64,000 bases of DNA from Salinispira sp. (GTDB lineage: Bacteria; Spirochaetota; Spirochaetia; DSM-27196; Salinispiraceae). A program made the position numbers and the translations under genes. The number at the start of each line of letters is the position of its first letter. Position 1 is the stretch's first letter. Below, in pieces: positions 50,518-59,222 of this stretch. The stretch lies in NCBI GenBank assembly GCA_965602015.1, contig OZ271918.1, positions 1,664,001 through 1,728,000 on the forward strand. The letters run 5' to 3'. The notes beneath the pieces are model-generated. The model was not told the origin of the DNA and searched no databases. It saw only the letters and a program-made list of their open reading frames with translations.

Positions 50518-51298
50518 CTTGAAATTCTTCTTTATCAAAATGTCTTCTAAAAATGATTACCTGGTTGGCAAGGTAGAAAACTGTCGTAGGAATTAACAGA
50601 AGAGTGAAAATAATGTTCATAGAACTGGAGTGCATTAAATTCTCACCTCGTGTCACTGAAATTATCACAATTGGAACTATCGTTGCAGCGTAGACTACTA
50701 AAAATGGAACTATTCCAAGGATTGTATGTAGAGTATTTTGTTTATAAACTTTAATTCCAATTTTTGTAGCAGACCAAAATTGATATTTTGTTACTGTTGC
50801 AACGGGTAGGATATGCACGACCCGAACCATGCCAAATAACACAAGTACAAAAGTGACAATTATAGATATATTTAAAAAAATATTGCTGTCACTTTGGAAG
50901 GCAATTTGTAATACTGTTGGAATCATCGCACCAATTACTGCTAATAACCAATAAGGTATCAGCCTAATCAATATAAATAATATTGTAACTAAAAGACTTG
51001 GTAGTCTGCGTATAACAAAAAATAGCAAATTACTTGAAGCCCGAGGTGATTCGACCGGCTCTAATAATTTAAGAAAGAAGTATAAATAAACTATGCTGGA
51101 TAGAATCCCAAAAATAGCAATGAAAAGATAATCTCCAATCGACTGCGTTTCAATATCTCCTTGTATACTTCCAGGGCGAACTATCAGCTGTCCGAAGGAT
51201 ATAACCATTGAAAAAACGGCGAAGTGAATCAGGGGTCTTTTATTCAGAAGAATAAAGTCTTTAACTACACTAAAATGTGTTTTAAGATTTTCTATCAT
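50510..51298 (-). CDS. cassette 1: multi-TM hypothetical membrane protein
   Basis: AT-rich; ~6 hydrophobic helices; stop codon inside the ATATAAC core. Confidence 0.75.
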   Translation of the reverse strand: MIENLKTHFSVVKDFILLNKRPLIHFAVFSMVISFGQLIVRPGSIQGDIETQSIGDYLFIAIFGILSSIVYLYFFLKLLEPVESPRASSNLLFFVIRRLPSLLVTILFILIRLIPYWLLAVIGAMIPTVLQIAFQSDSNIFLNISIIVTFVLVLFGMVRVVHILPVATVTKYQFWSATKIGIKVYKQNTLHTILGIVPFLVVYAATIVPIVIISVTRGENLMHSSSMNIIFTLLLIPTTVFYLANQVIIFRRHFDKEEFQAI

Positions 51299-51333
51299 AA
51301 AAAAAAATATATCACATTTAGTAAAATATTAGT

Positions 51334-52584
51334 GGGCACCTCTGGAAACTCGATGTTCAGCCGCCTGGATGCGCATAACACCTGGTTTTCCTTTTTACCC
51401 GCTTACTTTTTCACATCGGTAACTGCGGTCACCGATCCATTGCTATCTATTCCGGTGGTTTACCCCACTGGTTGCTTAACCAGGAAGCAGAATCTCTGAA
51501 GATTGTACACAAGGTTTCCAAGGCCAATCTCAAAATCTGCTCGTTGTAATCCTTTTCTCCGAATTACCCGGAAATTAAGAACATGCTTCTTGTGAGCAAA
51601 TACATGCTCAACCCGGGAGCGTGTTTTAGACCACAAGGCATTTTCTTTGCTCTGCTCCGCAGTAATCGGGGTACCGCGTTTTCCTTTGTGCATTATGCGG
51701 GCACAATCTTTTCCTGCTGTCCGGATTACCGCGGTTAAACATTTCTGTCCCCAGTAGCCCTTGTCCGCGAATACTTCCTGACGAAAATCCTGTTCCCTGT
51801 TCAGCACCGGCGCAAAAGACTCCGAATCATGGACTGACGCATTTGTTGAATGGTAGTCCAGTATTAACTTGGAACCGTTATCTATTTTTGCAGTATTCTT
51901 ATAGCCAAAATAGGACTTACCGTGTTTCACGGTCCAACCGGCATCCATATCAATCTGACTTCGACGAGGGCTGGATTCACTTTCTTCAGTATCCTCACTT
52001 TCAGCTTCAAATTTCTCTTTTTCACCCTTCTTAAGATGACGTTTCGGCGCTTCAATAACCTCCGCATCAACAATACGTCCATCATTCAGGATAAGTTCGT
52101 TGTCGTACAAAACAGCATCAAATCTCCCGAACAGCTTTTTCATTGCTCCTGTTTTTGTCAGCTTCTCTCGAAACTCCCAGATGGTTTTTTCATCAGGCAC
52201 CTTGTCACCGCTGCGAAGGCCAATAAAATCTCTGAAGCTTGTTCTGTCTTCAACCTGAAATTCCAGTTCCCCGTCGCTGAGATTATATATGCGTCCCAGA
52301 ATCAGCATCTTAAACTTCATCAGTTCATCGAAAGCCGGGCGTCCACCCGGTCCTTTGGGGATGCTTTTGAGGGCTCTGCGGATAATCGGCCTAAAAATTT
52401 CCCAATTAATGTGTTCATTCAGCTGCAGTAGCTTGTTACGCTTTCTAAGGCGCTCAAGTCTGGCATTTTCTTCACTGTCTGAAAATGATAATTGGGATCC
52501 CATATAAATCCTCCGGATGCAATCTCCGGTTATTCTAGGTTTATTGCCTTCCTTTGTAAATTCTTCGAGTTTCCAGAGGTGCCC
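51334..52584 (-). mobile_element. IS5 family element, copy 2 (1251 bp)
   Basis: Same IRs as copy 1; 4-bp TSD TAGT; abuts the attC1 extended core. Confidence 0.95.
51460..52503 (-). CDS. IS5 family transposase
   Basis: Protein identical to 39850-40893. Confidence 0.93.
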   Translation of the reverse strand: MGSQLSFSDSEENARLERLRKRNKLLQLNEHINWEIFRPIIRRALKSIPKGPGGRPAFDELMKFKMLILGRIYNLSDGELEFQVEDRTSFRDFIGLRSGDKVPDEKTIWEFREKLTKTGAMKKLFGRFDAVLYDNELILNDGRIVDAEVIEAPKRHLKKGEKEKFEAESEDTEESESSPRRSQIDMDAGWTVKHGKSYFGYKNTAKIDNGSKLILDYHSTNASVHDSESFAPVLNREQDFRQEVFADKGYWGQKCLTAVIRTAGKDCARIMHKGKRGTPITAEQSKENALWSKTRSRVEHVFAHKKHVLNFRVIRRKGLQRADFEIGLGNLVYNLQRFCFLVKQPVG

Positions 52585-52590
52585 TAGTCA

Positions 52591-52706
52591 ATATAACAAC
52601 CACTTAACCTGTGAGCCGTAATTGGCGTGGAGTTTGCCCTGCCCTTCAGGGCAGGAATAGCAGACTCCATGACAATAGGCGAATCAGGTTGAAGTGCTTG
52701 TTATAT
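52591..52706 (-). repeat. attC1 (type A, 116 bp)
   Basis: Minus strand ATATAAC-AAGCA-CTTCAACC…GGTTAAG-TGGTT-GTTATAT; extra C in L''. Confidence 0.92.
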
Positions 52707-53099
52707 TGCCCAATTCTCTATCTCTAACTCAGTAATCCGGCCGAAATGCTTTTCATTGTTTGTTACAAGAATCAGGTTATGTGTAATAGCTGTCGAGGCA
52801 ATCAATAAATCCATATCTGCAATAATGTTTCCATCCATTGCAAGTTTTGCTTTGAGTTGGCCAAAAGTTTCCATAACTGAATGAGTAATTGGCAGCAGAG
52901 GAAATATTTCTGCGATTCGATGAATGTTGGCCAGATTTTTTTCTCTATGAGTAGATTTATTAGCACCATATATTAATTCACCATAGGAAATAACAGAGAG
53001 AGATTTAGGTGAGTTTATATTTTTCTCGAAGTTCGATATAACCGTGGAGTGATTTTTGAGGCTATAGACTATTATGTCCGTATCAATCAAATAATTCAT
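52701..53099 (-). CDS. vapC: cassette 2: VapC/PIN toxin
   Basis: YLIDTD, YGEL, DLLIAS, LVTNNEKHF. Confidence 0.9.
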   Translation of the reverse strand: MNYLIDTDIIVYSLKNHSTVISNFEKNINSPKSLSVISYGELIYGANKSTHREKNLANIHRIAEIFPLLPITHSVMETFGQLKAKLAMDGNIIADMDLLIASTAITHNLILVTNNEKHFGRITELEIENWAI

Positions 53100-53361
53100 T
53101 CGAGTTCTCAAAGCGATCGGAATTTCCCCTGGACCGTTTTATATCCATTACTATTTCTTCCGCAGATCGATCATCTGTCCAGCTTCCTGCCATTTGAAGA
53201 AATTCTTTTGTCGGATTTTTATGAAACTGTTCCGGTGTAGATAAATACTTTTGGATGATTAATATGACTTCTTGGCTAACCGAGCGCTTCTCCATCGCCG
53301 CCCGTTCTTTCAGCGAGTTATACAATTTATCATCGATGTCTTTCACTTGGAGATTTGCCAT
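53083..53361 (-). CDS. cassette 2: FitA-like ribbon-helix-helix antitoxin
   Basis: MANLQVKDID..LKERA...RSVSQEV; overlaps vapC. Confidence 0.85.
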   Translation of the reverse strand: MANLQVKDIDDKLYNSLKERAAMEKRSVSQEVILIIQKYLSTPEQFHKNPTKEFLQMAGSWTDDRSAEEIVMDIKRSRGNSDRFENSNELFD

Positions 53362-53455
53362 GAGGTTCCTCCCAAACACGTATTATTCATGAAATATTAG
53401 TATATTTTCATGCAAATGTAATTGTAATCCGGAATCCTTCAGGGGTCAATATAAC

Positions 53456-55231
53456 GAGGCTGTAGAAAAAGTCCCTGCAGCCATCAATAATTCTACCCGG
53501 ACAGGCCTTTATAGGCAAAGCATAAAATGGCCTTCGTTTAATAAAGCGACTACGCCACCCTGTGTTTCCGGATTGCACTGGGAATCTCCAGTATGCCTCT
53601 CTTTCTTTTCTACTGCCAGCACATCTTCAGCTTTTCTATATTGTGCACCATACAAAACAACCGCCACTGGGTATTTACTTTTGTCTTCCCTCGCACCGTG
53701 AATCTGTTCAGCCCCTTGGTTCCGCATAAATCACCGAACACCGGTTCAACCGCCCCCATTCGCCGGGAGTAAATGCTTCGTGCCTCTGAGGTATCAAATC
53801 TGTCCTGACTAATCTTTAGGTAATCGATGGTCTGTGGCGTTTGTGTCCGCTTAAAAAACGTCACCTGCCTGAATGGACTTGCAGGTTTTCGAATACACTT
53901 GCTACGCAACTCACAATTGCTGCACTGTTCTTTGCTTGCCCTGTACCGATCCCCGACGAGCTTTCCGTCGGCGGATTTGAAATTCTTCATGTTTAGCCGC
54001 AATATATGCCCGGCCGGACAGGTAGCTATTTTCTTTTTCCGGTCGTAGTGAAAATCTGAGGGCTGGAAGTAGCGTTTGGTATGTACCGCCCTCCAGTTAT
54101 CAGTTTTCTTTTTATGAACTTCATTGCCAGTGAAGCGGATATCACGCTTGCGAAACTGATTATCCGGGATATATGCTTCAATCCCATGTTCAATGAGATA
54201 CTTCATATTCACAGCGTTATGAAACCCAGAGTCTGCTGTGATCACGGTTTTCCCGTAAATGTCAGATGAGATCCCGGTACTGCGGCATTGTTTCTTAATA
54301 CCAGTCAAGATTTCCGGCAAATGACCGGATTCATTGATATCACCATAGGCTTCGGCCCATACAATGACCTGATGTTTATCATCAACTGCAGCAATTCCAT
54401 TGTAGCCTTGAATGACACCATGGGAACTGACCATTTTTGCACTCTCATTGTCGGTGAGATTACTCTTCACCGGTTTGCCTGAGGCACCAAGCCTGTCATC
54501 ATTATCATCCAGCCAGCGGTTGATTTTATCTGCCTTGGTTTCCAGCTTTTTGATTGCTGCAATTTCCTGAACTTGATTCTCAGCAGGTGATTTCTGACCA
54601 TCCTCATTTTGATGCTTTTCAACCAGGTAGGCGATGGACTTTCTGATACTCCTGACTTTCTTCAGAAGCTCCGCCTTGGTCCCGCTCCATTCCTTGGAAC
54701 AGTTTGATGAAATCTTGCAGCCATCTATGGCAAACATTTCCTTGCCAATCAGGTTCTCTGAATAACAGATGGCAAGCACCTTGGTGAACAAATCGACACA
54801 TTCACTATCCATAGTTGCAATAAAATCGGCGATGGTGGTGTGATGCGGATGTGTATCGGCGGACAGAGCCATACAGATAATATTCTCATCACAAAACCGG
54901 GCAATCTTGCGACTGCTGGTTATCCCCCGTGAATAGGCAAAGAGAATAATCTTCAAAAGCACCGCCGGGTTATAGGCCGGGGCACCGGTAATATCATTCT
55001 GGCACCGCGACTCGAAAATAGAAAGATCAAGTTTTTTGCTGAAGAGGATGTGGAGTGTATGCTCAAATGTTCCAGGCAGAATTTGTTTTGACAGATTGAC
55101 CGGCAGCATTAACTGCTGATCGTAGGAATAGTCTTTGTATCGAGGCATGCCGTCCCTCCCATAGGCTGGCTGATACATGAATTTTACCATGGAACTACAT
55201 TTACTAGAAGCGGGACTTTTTCTACAGCCTC
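53456..55231 (-). mobile_element. IS1182 family element (1776 bp)
   Basis: 20-bp perfect IR GAGGCTGTAGAAAAAGTCCC; 3-bp TSD AAC. Confidence 0.92.
53610..55148 (-). CDS. IS1182 family transposase
   Basis: GAPAYNP, SSRKI, AIDGCKI, ADSGF, CPAG, RRMGAVEPVFG. Confidence 0.92.
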   Translation of the reverse strand: MPRYKDYSYDQQLMLPVNLSKQILPGTFEHTLHILFSKKLDLSIFESRCQNDITGAPAYNPAVLLKIILFAYSRGITSSRKIARFCDENIICMALSADTHPHHTTIADFIATMDSECVDLFTKVLAICYSENLIGKEMFAIDGCKISSNCSKEWSGTKAELLKKVRSIRKSIAYLVEKHQNEDGQKSPAENQVQEIAAIKKLETKADKINRWLDDNDDRLGASGKPVKSNLTDNESAKMVSSHGVIQGYNGIAAVDDKHQVIVWAEAYGDINESGHLPEILTGIKKQCRSTGISSDIYGKTVITADSGFHNAVNMKYLIEHGIEAYIPDNQFRKRDIRFTGNEVHKKKTDNWRAVHTKRYFQPSDFHYDRKKKIATCPAGHILRLNMKNFKSADGKLVGDRYRASKEQCSNCELRSKCIRKPASPFRQVTFFKRTQTPQTIDYLKISQDRFDTSEARSIYSRRMGAVEPVFGDLCGTKGLNRFTVRGKTKVNTQWRLFCMVHNIEKLKMCWQ

Positions 55232-55346
55232 AACAACCACTTGAGCGGCGAGCCGTAATTGGCGTGGAGTTTGCCCGCCGCCAGGCGGAATGCGCAAACT
55301 CCATGACAATAGGCGAGTCCGTCTCGAAGTGCTTGTTATATGGCCC

Positions 55347-56027
55347 TCAATATTCTACCAGATAATCTTCCTGGTAACCTTCTATAAATTTCAAAATAGA
55401 TTCATCATATTTCACTCGGATCGATTTGATAATTATCAATGTTGCAATATCAAAAAATTGCTTCGTCCTGGACATCGTGAAATATGAATTATCCAAATTT
55501 GATTTTTCATACGAGCGCGTACGGATATCAGATATCCACAGAGCAATTTCGTTTTTTGTGAGAATACCGGGAATCTCGGTTATCTCAGAGTCTGTAATCG
55601 AATTGAGAATGCCATCAAATTTATCTGGATCACCATGATAAATTGCCGATTCCAAAAAAGAATTTTCCGTTCGGTAGAGCTGTTCCCGAATATTATTACT
55701 CATCTCGGGATTGTATCGAAGTTTAAAATGCCAATTTAGCCAGTACAACATCAGGAAATCAGCTTGGAGATGAGACAACCATCCAAAAAGATAGCTGTGA
55801 TTAATCTGGCCCTCATACTTCTGGTAGAAATTCATCAGATTTTGAAATCGGACTGAAATATCTCTAGGGCCATACATATGGATGGCTCGCTTCTCATCAA
55901 GGGAAGCGTTTTTTCTCATGTGGATGGCATCGGGAGCTATACTCCCAATCAGGAACTGGCTTCGATCAAGATTGATCGTGTTGAGAATTCTGTCTGCAAT
56001 CTCAAGATGCAAAATGGTGTACGGCAT
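55347..56027 (-). CDS. cassette 3: zinc-dependent phospholipase C-like protein
   Basis: MP....H, GSIAPDA, GWLSHLQAD. Confidence 0.7.
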   Translation of the reverse strand: MPYTILHLEIADRILNTINLDRSQFLIGSIAPDAIHMRKNASLDEKRAIHMYGPRDISVRFQNLMNFYQKYEGQINHSYLFGWLSHLQADFLMLYWLNWHFKLRYNPEMSNNIREQLYRTENSFLESAIYHGDPDKFDGILNSITDSEITEIPGILTKNEIALWISDIRTRSYEKSNLDNSYFTMSRTKQFFDIATLIIIKSIRVKYDESILKFIEGYQEDYLVEY

Positions 56028-56081
56028 ATTTATTATTCAGCTTTCCTTATTGCAGATAGATTTCCGTTCTCCGAATAGTCC

Positions 56082-56181
56082 ATATAACAACCACTTAACC
56101 TGTGAGCCGTACATTGGCGCGTGTTTTTGCGAATGCAAAAACCGTGACAATAGGCGAATCAGGTTGAAGTGCTTGTTATAC
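56082..56181 (-). repeat. attC3 (type A, 100 bp)
   Basis: Same arms as attC1, shorter apical hairpin. Confidence 0.92.
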
Positions 56182-56221
56182 GGCATTTTATCATCTTTTT
56201 AGTATTTTGATTATTATTTAT

Positions 56222-56626
56222 TTAATTTGAGATCAATTTAAGCCCATCAGTTACATACTGTTGGATTTTCTTGTCGTGTGAAATTAGTGTATATCCAGAT
56301 TCAATCGCCTGCCAGACTAACATTCGATCAAACGGATCTTTATGGTTTTCTTTTTTGGGTAAGCGATAATACGAAGTCAAAATCTCATTGGAGATCTCAG
56401 AAATTTCAAACCCCGATTTTGATATTTGGATCAATAATTGATCAGGATTGAGATCCCCCAAATCGAGTTTACCAAGAGAATATTTAATTGAAATTTCCCA
56501 TAAACTTATTCCCGACACGAATTTCTGATCTGAGGATGATTCCAAAATCTGGAGAATTTCTTTTGATAAGTTTTCGGGGTTGAAAAGTGTCCAGAGTAGG
56601 ATGTGGGTATCAACTAGATACATCAT
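56222..56626 (-). CDS. vapC: cassette 4: VapC/PIN toxin
   Basis: YLVDTHILLW, SLWEI, HKDPFDRML. Confidence 0.9.
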   Translation of the reverse strand: MMYLVDTHILLWTLFNPENLSKEILQILESSSDQKFVSGISLWEISIKYSLGKLDLGDLNPDQLLIQISKSGFEISEISNEILTSYYRLPKKENHKDPFDRMLVWQAIESGYTLISHDKKIQQYVTDGLKLISN

Positions 56627-56859
56627 TGGCCAATTAATTCTTCTTCAGTCATTTCGAAATCATTTGTGAATGCGATTTCGTGTTCTTTCAAGAGGCCAAT
56701 TTTAACTGAATGATTTTGATTTAATTCAGAGATCGGAATTAACGCTGCAACGCTTTTTTTATTCCGGCCGTATGTGATTATAATTTTTTCTCCAGATTCA
56801 ACTTCTTTAAGAATTTCAGAAAAGTGTGTTTTAAATTCTCCAACGGCAAAGGTTTTCAT
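56623..56859 (-). CDS. cassette 4: Phd/YefM antitoxin
   Basis: EFKTHFSEIL..V..GE.IIIT; ATGA overlap with the toxin. Confidence 0.88.
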   Translation of the reverse strand: MKTFAVGEFKTHFSEILKEVESGEKIIITYGRNKKSVAALIPISELNQNHSVKIGLLKEHEIAFTNDFEMTEEELIGQ

Positions 56860-56929
56860 AGATTAATAATCTAATTATTTTGTCAACTTGTCAAGATCGT
56901 TTTCTGAGAGTGAATCAAATTTTATGTCC

Positions 56930-57044
56930 GTATAACAACCACTTGAGCGGCGAGCCGTCAATTGGCGTGGAGTGTGCCCGCCGCCAGGCGGAACAAGCAA
57001 ACTCCATGACAATAGGCGAGTCCGTCTCGAAGTGCTTGTTATAT
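56930..57044 (-). repeat. attC4 (type B, 115 bp)
   Basis: GTATAAC…GTTATAT imperfect palindrome. Confidence 0.92.
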
Positions 57045-57051
57045 TCCGCTT

Positions 57052-58206
57052 CTATTCAACCTTCGTGAAGTACACTACATACTTCAATGATGTCTCTGCT
57101 GTGACTTCGCGATCGTCATTAAATTCAACTCCATTTTCTTCGAAGGTTAATGCGATTCCTCCTTTATAGAAGAATAGTCGTACTTCCCGAAATCCGACGC
57201 CTTCTCCGAATGTCCAATGGAATGGGGTATCTGCTTGAGTTTCGACAAAATATAAATCGAAATCACCTACACGAGAATTTTCTGCATAAATTCTATGGAG
57301 AGCCCTGATTGGTACGACTAGACTTTTCATTTCACTGGAAAATGTTAGCTCAATTTCAGAATTTTGAATCTGTTCAATATCAAACTCTAAATTTTCATGT
57401 TCCATAATACTGTGTGATTCATAAACATATCTACCTGCGAAATTTGTAAGGTAATCTGATGTAAATTGCTGAACGATTAGTTGAAGGGGAGCATCTATCG
57501 AACCGGCAAAAATATAAGGTTGTCTATATTCCCAAGTTCCAAGCCATTTCCTATCGGGTACATTTTCTTGATAATAGATATAAATCTGATCTCCGTCGGT
57601 CTTTAAATAGTTATTCCCATTAGAAAACGTTCGTCCATCAAATTCGAGTGTTATTTGATTGCGGATTATCTTGTTACCATTAAAAATATCGATTTCACTG
57701 ATAACAACCATCGAGTTTGAGATTGAAAGTTCCAATATTTCTGGTGCATGACCAGAACCTTGGAATCTACGAGGTAATTGCTGGACGTAGAAACCTTCAA
57801 ACTCAGTTATTTCCTGTACGGACTCAATGTTTGTGGTCTCCGGGAGTTGGAATCTGGGATAAGTCCCCGGAACTCGATTTGCGATTCTTGATGAGATTTC
57901 ATTAGCAATATTCGTTTCTATTTGCTCAATATAGCCGGAGAAGCACCAGCCGGAAAAACCTGTTTGGCTCTGCACTCTTACCCAGGGGGCAGTTATCGAA
58001 TTAATCGTTTCCACCTCCCCCGTTTCCAAAATCGTCACGGCGGTAAACTGTGGTAGCGTGGTGATTATTTCTGAATTAAGCGATTGATTTTCTCTAATCC
58101 TTAGGTTGTAGGTGACATAGTGCGTTGGAATAAATTGTTGCGCAAAAATATTTGCCGATATAATCATGAGCAAAATACATAAGAAGCGTTTCATCATCTC
58201 TCCCAT
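57052..58206 (-). CDS. cassette 5: secreted SH3-domain protein
   Basis: Signal peptide; LRIRE…WVRV…GWCFSGYI. Confidence 0.8.
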   Translation of the reverse strand: MGEMMKRFLCILLMIISANIFAQQFIPTHYVTYNLRIRENQSLNSEIITTLPQFTAVTILETGEVETINSITAPWVRVQSQTGFSGWCFSGYIEQIETNIANEISSRIANRVPGTYPRFQLPETTNIESVQEITEFEGFYVQQLPRRFQGSGHAPEILELSISNSMVVISEIDIFNGNKIIRNQITLEFDGRTFSNGNNYLKTDGDQIYIYYQENVPDRKWLGTWEYRQPYIFAGSIDAPLQLIVQQFTSDYLTNFAGRYVYESHSIMEHENLEFDIEQIQNSEIELTFSSEMKSLVVPIRALHRIYAENSRVGDFDLYFVETQADTPFHWTFGEGVGFREVRLFFYKGGIALTFEENGVEFNDDREVTAETSLKYVVYFTKVE

Positions 58207-58261
58207 CTAGATTGGAGCTATCTATCGATTCCATTAAACAACACACAGATATCATGCGTGA

Positions 58262-58376
58262 ATATAACAACCGCTTGAGCGGCGAGCCGTCAATTGGCGT
58301 GGAGTTTGCCCGCCGCCAGGCGGAATTCGCAAACTCCATGACAATAGGCGTGTCCGTCTCGAAGCGCTTGTTAAAT
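58262..58376 (-). repeat. attC5 (type B, 115 bp)
   Basis: ATATAAC…GTTAAAT imperfect palindrome. Confidence 0.92.
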
Positions 58377-58395
58377 GGCGCTCCATCATCAACGA

Positions 58396-58671
58396 CTATT
58401 CGATCACGATTTTAATTTTTCGATCCAGAGCCCTCGCATATTTCTCGATCGTGGAAAGCCGGATATCTTCTGCATGATTCTCGATTCGGGAGATCGCAGG
58501 TTTCTTGGTATGTAGCTTCTCGGCCAGTTCTTCTTGAGTCATTCCTTTTTCAATTCTAGCTTGTTTCAGTAGGGCACCGATTTTGAAGTTCTCATATTCA
58601 GAATCATAATTAAGAGAAAATTCTGGATCCTTCTGCTTGCGATCATTAATATATTTTTGGAGATCACTCAT
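58396..58671 (-). CDS. cassette 6: XRE-HTH antitoxin (HigA-like)
   Basis: LKQARIEKGMTQEELAEKL…ISRIEN; ATGA overlap. Confidence 0.88.
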   Translation of the reverse strand: MSDLQKYINDRKQKDPEFSLNYDSEYENFKIGALLKQARIEKGMTQEELAEKLHTKKPAISRIENHAEDIRLSTIEKYARALDRKIKIVIE

Positions 58672-59015
58672 GTGTTCCTCCTCAGCCAATCTGCTTTGCG
58701 CCTCTCGGCCAAATTAATTTCTTTGGCTGGAGTCTTCTGTGATTTCTTGGAAAATCCATTCGTTAATACCACGAACTTGTTCCCATTTTGAAATCCCAGA
58801 ATACGATATGCGTTCCCTGAGCTTGGGGCCCGAACTTCCCAAATGTCGTCCGTGTTTTTCAATTTCTTGAAATATGAACTTGGAACCACATCCAGGTCTT
58901 CTATCAATTGAAGGACCCAAGTTACTTTCTCGGCATCTTTAGCTTTTAGATTATCCAAGAATTCAGCAATGGGCGATTCGCCGTTTTCTGTTTTGTAAAA
59001 GACAATCTGCCGCAT
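58668..59015 (-). CDS. cassette 6: RelE/HigB (Gp49-like) toxin
   Basis: IWEVR…YRILGF…LTNGFSKKSQKTP. Confidence 0.88.
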   Translation of the reverse strand: MRQIVFYKTENGESPIAEFLDNLKAKDAEKVTWVLQLIEDLDVVPSSYFKKLKNTDDIWEVRAPSSGNAYRILGFQNGNKFVVLTNGFSKKSQKTPAKEINLAERRKADWLRRNT

Positions 59016-59021
59016 AGATAA

Positions 59022-59041
59022 TGTTAACTTAAATGTTAACA
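59022..59041. promoter_or_regulatory. palindromic operator candidate for the TA pair
   Basis: TGTTAAC-TTAAAT-GTTAACA just upstream of the toxin start. Confidence 0.5.
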
Positions 59042-59222
59042 GTTTGCAACCCAAAGAATTCATTCAAATAACATTCGAATTTTAATAACTGATAGAGCAA
59101 AAAGAAGACGCTTCATTGTGATATAGGTTCGATTCTTTGAACTCAGCTCACAAGACCAGATCACAATAACGCGCCAACCCATATTTCTGAGATCACGCAA
59201 CTGATTGCGATCTCTTCGCTTA

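Larger units (their letters stand above)
53449..55341 (-). repeat. attC2 (type B, 114 bp when rejoined: 53449-53455 + 55235-55341), split by IS1182
   Basis: ATATAAC|IS|AAC-AACCACTTGAGCGGCG…GTTATAT. Confidence 0.9.

Noticed and set aside
55177..58415. Small ORFs 55177-55365, 56880-57068, 56972-57169, 58094-58339 and 58212-58415 with similar peptides
   Set aside because: They are translations of the attC repeats.
59189..59200. GAGATCACG resembling the IS256 end near its insertion site
   Set aside because: Short, lies inside vsr coding sequence, and has no counterpart at the other target; likely chance.
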